A DNA stretch of 64,000 nt from Candidatus Eiseniibacteriota bacterium (GCA_036505355.1 DASXTP010000102.1:84-64083); one strand, 5' to 3'. Positions 34,499 to 45,544 are shown, counted from the first letter of the stretch. The notes: generated by a model not told the origin, from the sequence alone. Numbers and translations: made by a program.

Positions 34499-35092
34499 TC
34501 ACGCGAACTCCTGCAATACCTGGCGCAGGCGGGCCAGCGGCAGCCCCACCACGTTGGAATAGTCGCCGTCGATGCGCTTCACGAACTGGGCTGCCAGACC
34601 CTGGATCGCATAGGCTCCGGCCTTGCCGAGGGGTTCGCCGGTCGCTACGTACGCTTCCAGCTCCTCGCGCTCGAGCCGCAGGAGCTGCACCCGGGTGCAT
34701 TCCGTCGCGGTTCGCCGCTCGCCCTGGTGATAGACCGCGAGGCCGGTCCACACTTCGTGAGTACGTCCGTGGAGGAGCCGCAGCATCTCGAGCGCCTCGT
34801 CACGGTCCTGAGGCTTGCCGAGCCGCCGACCCCGCACCACCACCACCGTGTCGGCTCCGACGACCACGCTCCCGGGATGGCGTGCCCCCACTCGGCGCGC
34901 CTTCTCGAGGGCGAGCGCCCGCACCCCGTGCCGTGCCTCTGCCGATGCCGGCCACGGTCGGTCGGGACCCGGATCGACCACGGTGAAAGCCAGCCCCACC
35001 TGACGCAGCAGCGCCACCCGACGCGGCGAGGCGGAGGCCAGCGCCAGCGGGCTCCTGCCGGCCCAGAACAAAGACGCCCCTGCCCCCTTCAC
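34499..35092 (-). CDS. maf: Maf-like nucleoside triphosphate pyrophosphatase
   Basis: LASASPRRVALLRQVG, GKAGAYAIQG. Start taken at GTG 35092, overlapping the dtd stop (GTGA). Confidence 0.8.
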   Translation of the reverse strand: MKGAGASLFWAGRSPLALASASPRRVALLRQVGLAFTVVDPGPDRPWPASAEARHGVRALALEKARRVGARHPGSVVVGADTVVVVRGRRLGKPQDRDEALEMLRLLHGRTHEVWTGLAVYHQGERRTATECTRVQLLRLEREELEAYVATGEPLGKAGAYAIQGLAAQFVKRIDGDYSNVVGLPLARLRQVLQEFA

Positions 35093-35550
35093 CCGTCCCC
35101 CGTGGCGCCTGCAGGGCTCTCGAGACACAGCGTGACCGGTCCGTCGTTGACGAGTTCGACCTGCATGTGCTCCCGGAACGCCCCGCGCTCGACCGGGACG
35201 CCCTCGGCGGCCAGCGTCCCGCAGAAGCGCTCGAACAGCCCCCGTGCCTGCTCGGCGGGCGCGGCTCGCGTGAAGTCCGGACGACGGCCGTGTCGCGCAT
35301 CGCCGTACAGGGTGAACTGCGGCACCACCAGCGCCCCACCCCGTACCTGGCCCAGGTCGAGGTTGAGCCGTCCGGCGGAATCGGCGAACAGGCGGAGCCC
35401 GGCGGTCTTGCGAGCCAGCCAGTCGGCGGCTGCAGCGTCGTCGGTGTCGGTCGCGCCGACCAAGATGAGGAGACCCGCGCCGATCTCGCCGATCACGCAG
35501 CCATCCACCGTCACCCGCGCGCGGGTGACCCGCTGCACCAGCGCCCTCAT
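35089..35550 (-). CDS. dtd: D-aminoacyl-tRNA deacylase
   Basis: MRALVQRVTRARVTVDG, VPQFTLYGD. Confidence 0.9.
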   Translation of the reverse strand: MRALVQRVTRARVTVDGCVIGEIGAGLLILVGATDTDDAAAADWLARKTAGLRLFADSAGRLNLDLGQVRGGALVVPQFTLYGDARHGRRPDFTRAAPAEQARGLFERFCGTLAAEGVPVERGAFREHMQVELVNDGPVTLCLESPAGATGDG

Positions 35551-35629
35551 GCCCGCATACCCGTCCGACCGGCCACGTCGACCCGCGCCGCGCCCTCCGC
35601 GAAGTCGTCTAGGCCGCCGTGCCGCTGGC

Positions 35630-37834
35630 TCACGCTTCGCCGCTGGCGCGCCGGGGAGCCCGTGCCGGCCGCAGCAAGCGCTGGCGCCGTTCGACGCGCG
35701 TGACGCCCTTGACCTTGCGGATCGCCGTCATGATCTCCTGGAGCTTGGCGAGATGGGCGACCTCGACCACGAACATACCCTTCGCCGTCTTGTCCTCGCT
35801 CGCCATGCCGGCGGTGCGGACGTTGACCTGCGAGGCGGCGATCGCCTTGGCGATGTCGGCCAGCAGGGAGGTGCGGTCCTGGCCATACACGACTAGGCGC
35901 ACCGGGAACGTCTCCCCGCGGCGCGCGTCCCACTCCACCGCCACCTTGCGCTCCGGCGGTACGCGCTGGTCGAAGGTGTTCGGGCAGTCCTGCCGATGAA
36001 TCGAGACCCCGCGGCCTTGGGTGACTACGCCGGTCACGCGATCGCCCGGCACCGGCTGGCAACATCGCGCGAAGTGCATCATCACGTTGTCGAGACCCTG
36101 GATCCGCACTCCGCCGGTCGGGCGCCGCCCGAACCCGATCGCCTCCAGCGGCCGCTTGGTCAGCTTCTCCGCCAGGCTCTCCTTCTCCGGGGACAGCTTG
36201 CGTACGATCTGGGTCAGCGACAGTTGCCCCTCGCCGAGCCGCGCATGGAGCTGATCTCGGTCCGCGCACCCGAGGTCGAGCGCCAGCTCGGCCAGCTCCG
36301 GGTCGGCGACGCGGCGTCGGAGCCGCTTCAGCTCGCGTTCGAGCATCTCACGCCCCAACGCGACGCTATCCTCGAGGCGCTGCTGCCGCAGCCAATGCCG
36401 CACCTTGCTGCGCGCCCCGGGAGTCCGAAGGAACTTGAGCCAATCTTCGTGCGGCTGGGCCTGGTTTGAGGTGATGACCTCCACCATGTCCCCGTTGCGC
36501 AGCACGTGGCGCAGCGGCACGAGCTCCCCGTTGACCCGCGCGCCGACGGTGCGCTGACCCACTTGGGTGTGGACCAAGAACGCGAAGTCCAGCGCCGTCG
36601 ACCCCTTGGGCAGCCGCTTGAGCTCGCGCCGCGGCGTGTAGACGAAGACCTCCTCCTGGTAGAGCGCGGTGCGCAGGAAGTCCATGTACTCGTCGGTGCT
36701 CGCCGTGCTCGGCCAATCGGCCGTTTGGGCGACGAATCCTCCCAGCTTGGCGTCGAGCTCGGCGTCGACACGCCCCCCCTGCTTGTACACATAGTGGGCG
36801 GCGATCCCGGTTTCAGCCGTGCGGTGCATTTCCCAGGTCCGGATCTGCACCTCGACCAGCTCCCCGTCGTCGGTCAGCACGGTGGTGTGCAGCGACTGGT
36901 ACATGTTGCTCTTGGGGGTGGCGATGTAGTCCTTGAACCGGTCGTCCACCGGCGTGAAGGTGTCGTGGACGACGCCCAACGCCCGGTAGCAGTCGTTGCG
37001 GCTGTGGGTGAGGATGCGGAGCCCGAACAGGTCCTGAATCTTGTCGAGCTCCTTCCCGTCGTGCATCTTGAGGTAGATGGAATGGAAATGCTTGGGACGC
37101 CCGGTCACCTCGGCCTTGATCGCCGCACCTTTCAACGCGTCCACCAGCTTCCGCTTCACGCCCTGCACGAAGGCCTCCCGCTCTTCGCCCCGAGCGCGGA
37201 TGCTCTCCACCAGCAGACGGTAGGCCTCGGGATCGAGCACCTTGAGGCTCCAGTCCTCGAGCTCGCGTTTGATGCCCGCCATCCCCAGGCGATGAGCCAG
37301 CGGAGCGTAGATGTCACGCGTCTCGGCCGCGATCCGCTGCGCCCGTTCGGGGGCGAGGAACTCGAGGGTACGCATGTTGTGCAGCCGGTCGGCCAGCTTG
37401 ATGAAGATCACCCGCAGGTCACGCGACATCGACAGCAGCATCTTGCGGAAATTCTCGGCCTGCTCGGCCTCCCGGCTGTCGAAGTGCAGGCCGGAGAGCT
37501 TGGTCACGCCCTCGACCAGGCTGGCGACTTCGCGCCCGAACCGTTTCTCGACGTCTTCCGGCGTGATCGCCGTGTCCTCGACCACGTCGTGCAGCAACGC
37601 CGAGCAAGCCAGCGTGGTGTCGAGCCGGGCGTCCAACAGGTCGAGCAGGATGCGGCAGACCTCGACCGCATGGGAGATGAACGGGTGTCCGGATTCGCGA
37701 CGCTGATCGCCGTGGGCCGCGGCCGCGAAATCGAAGCACGCCACGACGCGGTCCCGATCGACCCTCGGGGCGCGTCCCTCGAGCTCGGCCGCCAAGGCGG
37801 CCCGCAGCTCGGCCTGGGCGCCGGGAGGGTTCAC
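35630..37834 (-). CDS. relA: Bifunctional (p)ppGpp synthetase/hydrolase
   Basis: HD domain (LLHDVVEDT), RelA/SpoT synthetase core (YQSLHTTV), TGS and C-terminal ACT-like region; 734 aa. Confidence 0.9.
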   Translation of the reverse strand: MNPPGAQAELRAALAAELEGRAPRVDRDRVVACFDFAAAAHGDQRRESGHPFISHAVEVCRILLDLLDARLDTTLACSALLHDVVEDTAITPEDVEKRFGREVASLVEGVTKLSGLHFDSREAEQAENFRKMLLSMSRDLRVIFIKLADRLHNMRTLEFLAPERAQRIAAETRDIYAPLAHRLGMAGIKRELEDWSLKVLDPEAYRLLVESIRARGEEREAFVQGVKRKLVDALKGAAIKAEVTGRPKHFHSIYLKMHDGKELDKIQDLFGLRILTHSRNDCYRALGVVHDTFTPVDDRFKDYIATPKSNMYQSLHTTVLTDDGELVEVQIRTWEMHRTAETGIAAHYVYKQGGRVDAELDAKLGGFVAQTADWPSTASTDEYMDFLRTALYQEEVFVYTPRRELKRLPKGSTALDFAFLVHTQVGQRTVGARVNGELVPLRHVLRNGDMVEVITSNQAQPHEDWLKFLRTPGARSKVRHWLRQQRLEDSVALGREMLERELKRLRRRVADPELAELALDLGCADRDQLHARLGEGQLSLTQIVRKLSPEKESLAEKLTKRPLEAIGFGRRPTGGVRIQGLDNVMMHFARCCQPVPGDRVTGVVTQGRGVSIHRQDCPNTFDQRVPPERKVAVEWDARRGETFPVRLVVYGQDRTSLLADIAKAIAASQVNVRTAGMASEDKTAKGMFVVEVAHLAKLQEIMTAIRKVKGVTRVERRQRLLRPARAPRRASGEA

Positions 37835-39540
37835 GGGACGCGCAGCTCTCGGAGCCGCAACTGGACCCGCGTCTCACCCATCCACTCGTTGCGCTCCGGC
37901 ACGAACGTCATCTCACAACGTCCCGACCGGGCCAGGTCGTCGGCACGGCTCGCCAGCCCAAAGCCGATCGCTTCCCGCATGCCGGTCGCGTCTCGCGCCC
38001 CCAGACGCAGGTGCTTGCCGCCCCCGACCAGGGCTACCGAGTCGATCGACACCCCGGCGCGGAAGACCGGCTCGGGATTCTCCAGCCCATGGGGCCCCAG
38101 ACGCTCGAGCCAGTCGACCAGATTCGGGTCGCACTCGGCGAGGGTCACGTCGGCGTCGATCTCGAGGCAGGGGGCCGCGCTCTCCGGATCGAAGCGCTCG
38201 CCGACGAGCTGCTCGAGCCGCTCTCGGAGCTCCGGCAGCCGCTCGCGGGAGACCACCATTCCCGCGGCGAAGGCGTGGCCGCCATACGTTTCCAGCAGAT
38301 CCGCGCAACCGTCCAGCACCCGCGTCAAGTCGACGCCCGGCACGCTGCGCCCCGAGCCCCGGCCGAGTCGCCCCTCCAGCGCCACCAGAACGGTCGGTCG
38401 CCGGAAACGTTCCACCAGCCGCGAGGCGACGATGCCGAGCACGCCCGGATGCCAGGCCTCCGACCACAACAGGATCGACGCGCACCGCGGCCAGCCGAGC
38501 TCCGATGGAACGCGCTCTAAGGCCTCGCGCGCCACCATTTCGTCCAAGGCACGGCGGCGGCGATTGTCGTCGTCCAGGCTCTCGGCCAGGGCCGCGGCGG
38601 AGCCTGCCTCGCGAGCCAACAGCAGTCGCAGCGCATGCTCGGCGTGTCCCATGCGGCCTGCCGCGTTCATGCGCGGCGCCAGCACGAACGCCGCCTGCCC
38701 GCCGGTGATGCGCTTGCCCGTCAGCCCGGCCACCTCGATGAGCGCGCGCAACCCGGGACGGCTGGTCCGATTCAGGGACTCCAGACCGAGGCGGGCCAAT
38801 GCGCGGTTCTCGCCGACCAGCGGCACCACGTCCGCGATCGTGCCCAGCGCCACGACATCCAGAAACTCGTCGGCCCGACCCCGATCGCCGCGGCGCCCGA
38901 GCAGCGCCTCGACGAGCTTGAACGTCACGCCCACGCCGGCCAGCGACTTGAACGGGTAGGGGCAGTCGCGCCGATGGGGATCCACCACCGCCGCCGCGGC
39001 CGGCAGCCGAGGGCCGGGCTCATGATGGTCGGTCACCACCGTCTCGATGCCGAGTCCCGACGCATACTCGACGGCATCCGTCGCGGTGATGCCGCAGTCC
39101 ACGGTGACGATCAGCGAGCAACCAAGCGCCGCCGCTTGGTCCACCGCCGCGGCCGAGAGACCGTAGCCGTCGCGGGTGCGATGCGGAACGCGCGGATGCA
39201 CCTCCGCACCGAGGTCGCGCAAGGCGGTGGTCAGAACGAAGGTCGCGGTGATGCCGTCCACGTCGTAGTCGCCTTGCACCAGAATGCGCTCGCCGTCCGC
39301 GATCGCCCGCTCGATGCGCGCGACTGCCCGGTCGAGGTCCTGGAGCAGGAACGGGTCATGGAGCTGCTCGAGCGACGGCTCCAGGAATCGTCGCGCGGAC
39401 GCCGACGAGTCGTGGCCGCGGTTCACCAGCACGTGGGCAGCCGCAAGCGGAGCACCCAGCTCGCCGGCCAGATCGCGCGCCCGGTCGGGGTCGTGCCGCG
39501 GGTGGAGAACCCACTGGGCAACGGTCGGCGGGGCGAGCAT
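37831..39540 (-). CDS. recJ: Single-stranded-DNA-specific exonuclease RecJ
   Basis: DHH motifs DYDVDGITA and VVTDHHEP, plus a DHHA1 region. 4-nt overlap with relA. Confidence 0.9.
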   Translation of the reverse strand: MLAPPTVAQWVLHPRHDPDRARDLAGELGAPLAAAHVLVNRGHDSSASARRFLEPSLEQLHDPFLLQDLDRAVARIERAIADGERILVQGDYDVDGITATFVLTTALRDLGAEVHPRVPHRTRDGYGLSAAAVDQAAALGCSLIVTVDCGITATDAVEYASGLGIETVVTDHHEPGPRLPAAAAVVDPHRRDCPYPFKSLAGVGVTFKLVEALLGRRGDRGRADEFLDVVALGTIADVVPLVGENRALARLGLESLNRTSRPGLRALIEVAGLTGKRITGGQAAFVLAPRMNAAGRMGHAEHALRLLLAREAGSAAALAESLDDDNRRRRALDEMVAREALERVPSELGWPRCASILLWSEAWHPGVLGIVASRLVERFRRPTVLVALEGRLGRGSGRSVPGVDLTRVLDGCADLLETYGGHAFAAGMVVSRERLPELRERLEQLVGERFDPESAAPCLEIDADVTLAECDPNLVDWLERLGPHGLENPEPVFRAGVSIDSVALVGGGKHLRLGARDATGMREAIGFGLASRADDLARSGRCEMTFVPERNEWMGETRVQLRLRELRVP

Positions 39541-39680
39541 TTCAGCGGATCCCCAGCGGAACGGAAGGGTAGGAGCGCACTTCGAAAAGTCACGCTATCA
39601 GCGCGATGAAGCGGGGGTCAAGGCACGCGACCCAAGGGTCCGGCTCCTGGCCCGCCCGCCGGGCGCCGGCAACGCGACGA

Positions 39681-39712
39681 CGCCCCCGCACCCGCTTCGC
39701 GGGGCGGGGGCG
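39681..39712 (-). terminator. GC-rich hairpin just 3' of RNase P RNA
   Basis: The plus strand reads CGCCCCCGCACCCGC-TTCG-CGGGGCGGGGGCG, a stem with one bulge. No clear U-tract. Confidence 0.35.
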
Positions 39713-39721
39713 CGAGTGCAA

Positions 39722-40117
<396 letters not shown>

Positions 40118-40136
<19 letters not shown>

Positions 40137-40561
40137 CCCAGGACCTTGTCGAGCGTCTCGTTCACCAATCGATCCGCCCGCACGTTCTCCTCCCGCGGCA
40201 CGGCGACGAACCGGACCTCACCCGCTGCGGCCACCGCGCGCCGCGCGGACGCGTGGAGCGGCTTCAAGCCCAGGTTCTTCACCTTGTACTCGCCGGTCAT
40301 CTGCCGGACCACCAGCTCGGAATCCAGGCACACGACCAGGGGCCGCGCCGCGAACCGCGCCGCGGATTCGAGGCCGGCGAGCAGGCCCCGGTACTCGGCC
40401 ACGTTGTTGGTCACCGTCCCCACGAACTCGCCCCGCGCCTCGACCTCGCGGCCATCGGGATCGAGCAGGACGTAGCCGTAGGCGCCGGGTCCCGGGTTGC
40501 CGCGCGACCCGCCGTCACAGCGCAGGGTCCAGGCACCGGGCACGACCTCTCGCATCGGCAC
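40118..40561 (-). CDS. rnhA: Ribonuclease HI
   Basis: CDGGSRGNPGPGAYG, NNVAEYRGL, DSELVVRQM, ENVRADRL, consistent with DEDD catalytic-residue contexts. Confidence 0.85.
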
Positions 40562-40645
40562 ACACTACCCGAGGACCTTGGCCCTCTCAAGGACGAGAAC
40601 CAACGCGAACCGGATCGGCGACCCGGGGGGCGGGGCGTCCCGCCG

Positions 40646-42601
40646 TCACGCCGCGGCCAGCGGACTCGACCGCAAGGCGTTGCGTACCGTGGTCAGCAGG
40701 CGGTCGGGGGTGAAGGGCTTCTGCAGGAAGCCGCTCCCCGATTCCATGCCCGGATCCGCCGCCGTGTCCCCGGTGTACCCCGACATGCAGAGGATGATCA
40801 GCTCCGGCCGCCGGGCGCGAAGCTGTCGGGCGAGCTCCCGTCCGTTCATTCCGGGCATTACGACGTCGGTCAGCAGCAAATGGATCGGGTCCCGATGCTC
40901 CTCGGCGATGGCGAGGGCGTGGGGCCCGTCGGGGGCCTCCAAAACCGTGTAGCCGGCCCCTTCCAAAATTTCGCGGACCAGGGCCCGGACCGCCTCCTCG
41001 TCCTCCGCCACCAACACCGTCTCACGACCGCCCTCGGAGCCGTCGAGGTCCGCCTCTCCGTCCACCGGCCGAACCCGGTCCAGGACTCCGGGCCAGTAGA
41101 CCCGGAACGTCGTTCCCCGCCGCGGCTCGCTGGCCACTTCGATATGCCCCTCGTTCTGTTTGACGATCGCGTAGACGGTGGCCAAGCCGAGACCCGTTCC
41201 CTTTCCCTGTTCTTTGGTGGTGAAGAAGGGCTCGAAGATGTGGGCCAGGGTTTCCGCCTCCATGCCTAGTCCCGTGTCGCTCACCTTCAGCATCACCTGG
41301 GGGTTCGAGCTGCCGCTTCCGTTGGAGCGGTCGCTCCCCAACTCGACGTTGGCGGTCTCGATGGTGAGACAGCCGCCTTGCGGCATGGCGTCGCGGGCGT
41401 TGAGGGCGAGATTCATCATCACCTGCTCGATCTGGGTGCGGTCGGCCTTGACCCGTCTCAACCCCGGATCGAGCATGACCACCAGCTCGATGTCCTCGCC
41501 AATCACGCGTTCGAGCAGGCGGATCATGCCCCTCACGATCGTATTGAGGTCGAGCACGCTCAGCTCGAGCACCTGCTTGCGGCTGAAAGCCAGCAGTTGC
41601 TTCGACAGCGAGGCGCAGCGCTCGGCGGCATCTCGGATCTTCTCGACGCCCTCGCGCATCGGCCCCGGAGCCTCCAGCCCCCGAATCAGGTTCGTGCTGT
41701 ACGTGAGGATGACCGTCAGCAGATTGTTGAAATCGTGGGCGACTCCGCCCGCCAGCCGGCCCAGCGCCTCCATCTTCTGCGACTGTCGGACCTCTGCCTC
41801 CTGGGCGCGGTCGGTGATGCCACGGATGGCGATGGCGATGTGGGCCCCGAATACGGTCAGCAGACGGGCGTCCTCCGAAGTGAACGGAGGCCCGCCGTCT
41901 TGGCGGCTCACGTTGAGAACCCCGATGACGTCGGTGCGCGCCACCAGCGGCACGCATAGGGCCGTGGCGATGCTCCGACCCGGTTTGAGCTCGGACGGGA
42001 AGCGGCGCTTCATCTCGCGCGGGTCGAGAACCAGGGGCTGCCGATGCTGAGCGACCCAACCCGAGACCCCTTCGCCGAGGCGGACACGAGCATCGCGAAT
42101 GAATCCTGCGTCGCGGCCGGAGACCGCCCGACAGCGGAGCTCCCCCGGTGGGTCCTCGATCAGCATGATCGAAGATTCCTCGGCCCCGATCGCGCTCCTC
42201 ACGTGGTCGGTCAGGGTCTCGAGCACGGCGTCGAGGTCGATTTGCATGCCGACCTGTGTCATGCCCTCGAACAGCGACGACAATCCGGCGAGACGCGACC
42301 GCAAGACCTCCTCGCCGAGCTGCGCCCGGAACAGCTCCGCCCGCAGGTGCTGCATCTGGGATTGCTTGATCAGCACGTACAGGCAGAACAGCGCGACCAG
42401 CGCGCACAGGCCCCCGACCAAGACGGGGCGTGTGCCCACCGCCGGCAGCCGCTCCGCCACGTCGCCCGGGTTCTCGGACAGGGTGAGGGCGACGACGGCC
42501 AGACCGAGCGCCGCCAGCAGCAGCGCAGCGAGTCCCCACATCCACAAGTTGTGCCGATCGAGCCGCTGCAGCCGCGACTCGACTTCCTTCTCGGGCGCCA
42601 T
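40646..42601 (-). CDS. Hybrid sensor histidine kinase (2 TM, GAF, HisKA, HATPase_c, receiver)
   Basis: H-box LAGGVAHDFNNLL, N-box MNLALNARDAM, G-boxes DTGLGM and GTGLGL, C-terminal receiver VLVAEDEE..LLLTDVVMPGMNG. Confidence 0.85.
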   Translation of the reverse strand: MAPEKEVESRLQRLDRHNLWMWGLAALLLAALGLAVVALTLSENPGDVAERLPAVGTRPVLVGGLCALVALFCLYVLIKQSQMQHLRAELFRAQLGEEVLRSRLAGLSSLFEGMTQVGMQIDLDAVLETLTDHVRSAIGAEESSIMLIEDPPGELRCRAVSGRDAGFIRDARVRLGEGVSGWVAQHRQPLVLDPREMKRRFPSELKPGRSIATALCVPLVARTDVIGVLNVSRQDGGPPFTSEDARLLTVFGAHIAIAIRGITDRAQEAEVRQSQKMEALGRLAGGVAHDFNNLLTVILTYSTNLIRGLEAPGPMREGVEKIRDAAERCASLSKQLLAFSRKQVLELSVLDLNTIVRGMIRLLERVIGEDIELVVMLDPGLRRVKADRTQIEQVMMNLALNARDAMPQGGCLTIETANVELGSDRSNGSGSSNPQVMLKVSDTGLGMEAETLAHIFEPFFTTKEQGKGTGLGLATVYAIVKQNEGHIEVASEPRRGTTFRVYWPGVLDRVRPVDGEADLDGSEGGRETVLVAEDEEAVRALVREILEGAGYTVLEAPDGPHALAIAEEHRDPIHLLLTDVVMPGMNGRELARQLRARRPELIILCMSGYTGDTAADPGMESGSGFLQKPFTPDRLLTTVRNALRSSPLAAA

Positions 42602-42638
42602 GCGCGGGCCTCCGTGGGGGGTATCCCACCCCGCTCGG

Positions 42639-44144
42639 TTATCGGCGGCGCACCGAAGGTCCTGAATCCTGCGTAGGGGAGCCCGCGCGGCGCTCCTCGG
42701 TTCTCGGAGCCGTCGCGGCGTCCGGCTCCAGCCATCCCGCCCGCTCGAGACCGGCCCAGGCGTCGCGCTCGCCGCGGCGCATCAGCTCCCGCGCGGCCGC
42801 CGGATCGAAGCTGTAGAGGCCGCCCGGCAGCACGCGGTCCGGCTCGACGACGCAGATCCGTGCCGGCTCGAGCCCGCCCGAGGCGTTTCGGCCCGGGGTC
42901 CGCGTCCAACCCACCGGAAGCGAGCGCAGCTCGGTCTGGAGATCGCGCCAGTTGGCGAGCTCGATCAGCCGGGCACCCAGCTCGAGCGTATTGAGCTCAC
43001 GCGGTGGACGCGGCGGCCCCGAGCTGGGCGAGACCAGGACGACGAGGATTGCGTCCGCGTCATCGGCCAGCACGACCCGCAGCGGCTGGTTCGAGAACAC
43101 GCCCCCGTCGACGTAGTCGTGGGCTCCGATCCGCACCGGCTCGAATACCGCGGGAATCGCCGACGAGGCCACCACCGCTTCCACCACCTCGGCGCAGGTG
43201 CGCATCCCTTTGATCTCCCCCACCGTGTCCTCGATCCGCGCCCGGAAGTGCGGCGTCACGTCCGTCCAGTTGACGAAGAAGCACAGTCGCCCGCTGTCGG
43301 CTGCGCAGGCGCTGATGATCAGGTGCGTGGCGGGATCGGTGAGGCGCCGCGCTTCGGGATCGGCTTCGGACACCAGGTGCTCGATCAGCCGACGGCGTGC
43401 CGCGTTCCCCCATAGGGCGCGGCCCTTCGTCTCGGGAAGCAGTCGCACGAACCCGTCGCGCAGCCAATCTCCGGCCCGCCCGGGGCGGTTGGCCAGCCAC
43501 ACCACCAGCGCCACCAGCAGCACCGTGGCACTGAAGCGATGCGGCCACGGGATGCCCGCCCCCCAGGTGAGCAGGTGCAGGAGCGCCCACGCCAGGAGCC
43601 CGCGTCCCCCCCAGCGGTGCAAACGCCGCGGATCGGTGTGGGGCGTGAGTCGGGCCAGCCAATCGTCCGCGTGTGGCGAGAGCACTGCCATCGCCGCCCC
43701 GAAGGCCACCACCAGCAGCCACGCCAGCACGTCGAGCAGCACCGATGACAGGTCCCCGGTCGGGGCCCGCATCCCGAGCAAACGGGGTAGGCTGGTCTCG
43801 TGCGAGCCCGCCACGGCCAGCAACGCCTGGGTGGCGGCGAACAGGGCCAGGAACAGACCGGCGGCCCGCAGCGCCAGGGCGGCGCGTCGCATGCCGATGC
43901 TCGAGGAGCGCAGGTGCTCCCAGACGCGGCTCAGGGGCTCAGCGCGGAACTCGTTCGCCATCCACAGCACGGCGTTGATCGCTCCCACCGACACGCCCGC
44001 CACGATCGCCGGCCGAATCCCGGCGCGTTCGAGCACGCGGAGCACGCCGGCTTCGTACGCGCCCATCGCACCGCCGCCCGAGAGCACCAGGGCCAGCCGG
44101 CGATGGGGGAAGTCCCGCCTCAACCCGCGCGGCGTTCGGGTCAC
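42639..44144 (-). CDS. Patatin-like phospholipase with central multi-TM insertion
   Basis: LSGGGAMGAYEAGVL (oxyanion), GVSVGA (GxSxG), YVDGGVFSN (catalytic Asp). Hydrophobic helices lie between the motifs. Start taken at GTG 44144 to avoid running through the upstream gene; uncertain. Confidence 0.7.
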   Translation of the reverse strand: MTRTPRGLRRDFPHRRLALVLSGGGAMGAYEAGVLRVLERAGIRPAIVAGVSVGAINAVLWMANEFRAEPLSRVWEHLRSSSIGMRRAALALRAAGLFLALFAATQALLAVAGSHETSLPRLLGMRAPTGDLSSVLLDVLAWLLVVAFGAAMAVLSPHADDWLARLTPHTDPRRLHRWGGRGLLAWALLHLLTWGAGIPWPHRFSATVLLVALVVWLANRPGRAGDWLRDGFVRLLPETKGRALWGNAARRRLIEHLVSEADPEARRLTDPATHLIISACAADSGRLCFFVNWTDVTPHFRARIEDTVGEIKGMRTCAEVVEAVVASSAIPAVFEPVRIGAHDYVDGGVFSNQPLRVVLADDADAILVVLVSPSSGPPRPPRELNTLELGARLIELANWRDLQTELRSLPVGWTRTPGRNASGGLEPARICVVEPDRVLPGGLYSFDPAAARELMRRGERDAWAGLERAGWLEPDAATAPRTEERRAGSPTQDSGPSVRRR

Positions 44145-44175
44145 CGCGGGCCCCGAACCGCCGCGCCGGAAGGGC

Positions 44176-44934
44176 TCAGGCGGAGGCGGCCTCGGGCGGC
44201 CAGACCAGCAAACGCCCGCACCCGTCGCACGACAGCACGCGGTCGGCGCGTCGCGCCGCCTGCAAAACCTGGGGTGGCTGCCCGCGGAAGCAGCCCCCGC
44301 AGGCACCCTTGAGGATCGGCACCACCGCCCGCCCGTCCCGCGAGGCACGGATCCGCTCGTAGCGGGTGCGGGTCGCCGCGGGGAGAGCTTCCATCAGCTT
44401 GGCGCGCTCGGCATCGAGCGCTTCCGCCTGCCGGCGCTCGGACTGGTCCTCCAACCCGAGGCGCTGCAGCCGACCCGCCGCCTCGGCTTCCACCACCGCT
44501 AGCGCCCGCTCCGCCTCGGGTCGCTCGCGCTGGAACTGCTGCTCCTGTTCCATCAACAGCAGCAGCTCGGTCTCGCGGTCCGAGCGCCGCGTCCGCACCC
44601 CCGCGATCTCGTGGAGCAGGGCCGTATACTCCTCGTTCTTCTTGATCAGCGGCAGCTGGCCCTGGTACTTGCGCTCCTCGGCCAGCAGCGTCTCGATGTC
44701 CTTCTCGAGTTGACGATGCTTCAACTGGAGATCGGCGATCTGCCGCTTGAGCGTCTCGGTGCGCGCGCGCTCGCCGCCGAGCCCGGCTTCGATCGCGCGA
44801 CGCTGCTCCGGGTAACGGGCGATCGACGCCCCCAAGAGCACCAGACGCTCGTCCAGGCCGCGCAGGGCCCACAGCGTCTCGAGCTCCCCGGTCACGCGGC
44901 CACCCAAACGAACCGGGGATGCCTCGAAAGACAT
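44176..44934 (-). CDS. Coiled-coil protein with C-terminal C4 zinc ribbon (COG1579/DUF164-like)
   Basis: Start at ATG 44934. Long heptad-rich region, then CGGCFRGQPP...SCDGCGRLLVW. Confidence 0.7.
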   Translation of the reverse strand: MSFEASPVRLGGRVTGELETLWALRGLDERLVLLGASIARYPEQRRAIEAGLGGERARTETLKRQIADLQLKHRQLEKDIETLLAEERKYQGQLPLIKKNEEYTALLHEIAGVRTRRSDRETELLLLMEQEQQFQRERPEAERALAVVEAEAAGRLQRLGLEDQSERRQAEALDAERAKLMEALPAATRTRYERIRASRDGRAVVPILKGACGGCFRGQPPQVLQAARRADRVLSCDGCGRLLVWPPEAASA

Positions 44935-45142
44935 CCCCGGCTGCTGCGGCGCGTTCCCGAGGCCGCGCCTCGACACGGGCCCGCGCTCTCGCGCGGCCCG
45001 GCACACCGGCTCGCTCCCGTTCGGCCCCGCTCGGGGGACCGGATCGCCATCGCCTGCTCCCTCACGTGCTCGCCCCGAAGCCCCGCGCTCCACCGCCCGC
45101 CACCGCCGTCGGCCCGGCGTCCGGTTGGGTTCGACTTCGAGA

Positions 45143-45218
45143 TGGTGGGCGGAACAGGACTTGAACCTGTGACCCCCTGGTTGTGATCCAGGTGCTCTGC
45201 CAGCTGAGCTATCCGCCC
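45143..45218 (-). tRNA. tRNA-Val (anticodon CAC), CCA encoded
   Basis: Reverse complement GGGCGGATAGCTCAGCTGGCAGAGCACCTGGATCACAACCAGGGGGTCACAGGTTCAAGTCCTGTTCCGCCCACCA folds as a canonical cloverleaf: acceptor GGGCGGA/TCCGCCC, anticodon loop ATCACAA. Confidence 0.9.
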
Positions 45219-45284
45219 CAATCCGCGCTGCGCTCCAGCCCCAGGCGACACCGAATCGACGGGCCGCCGCACCGGCTGGGTTCT

Positions 45285-45358
45285 TGGGCCCACCTGGATT
45301 CGAACCAGGGTCTTACCGGTTATGAGCCGGCCGCTCTGGACCGCTGAGCTATGGGCCC
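45285..45358 (-). tRNA. tRNA with CAT anticodon (elongator Met, or Ile2 if lysidine-modified); CCA not encoded
   Basis: Reverse complement GGGCCCATAGCTCAGCGGTCCAGAGCGGCCGGCTCATAACCGGTAAGACCCTGGTTCGAATCCAGGTGGGCCCA. Cloverleaf with a G1-C72 pair, so not an initiator. Confidence 0.9.
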
Positions 45359-45399
45359 AGCGACGTGCGCCCATGGACCGCAGCGCTCAAAGCCGTGCG

Positions 45400-45429
45400 T
45401 TTCTAGCACCCGTCTCCAACGAGTGTCAA
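45400..45429 (-). promoter_or_regulatory. Sigma-70-like promoter candidate for the tRNA pair
   Basis: The minus strand reads TTGACA (45429..45424), an 18-nt spacer, then TAGAAA, about 40 nt upstream of the tRNA-CAT 5' end. Confidence 0.3.
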
Positions 45430-45544
45430 GAACCCGCATCGCGCCGCTCAGACGCCGTGAAGGCCGCTCGCAGCGACCGTGCCTACGAGACCCCGCGTCC
45501 AGGCACGCCCCCTCCCATCCGCTGGCCATCTCGTGGCTCGCCGA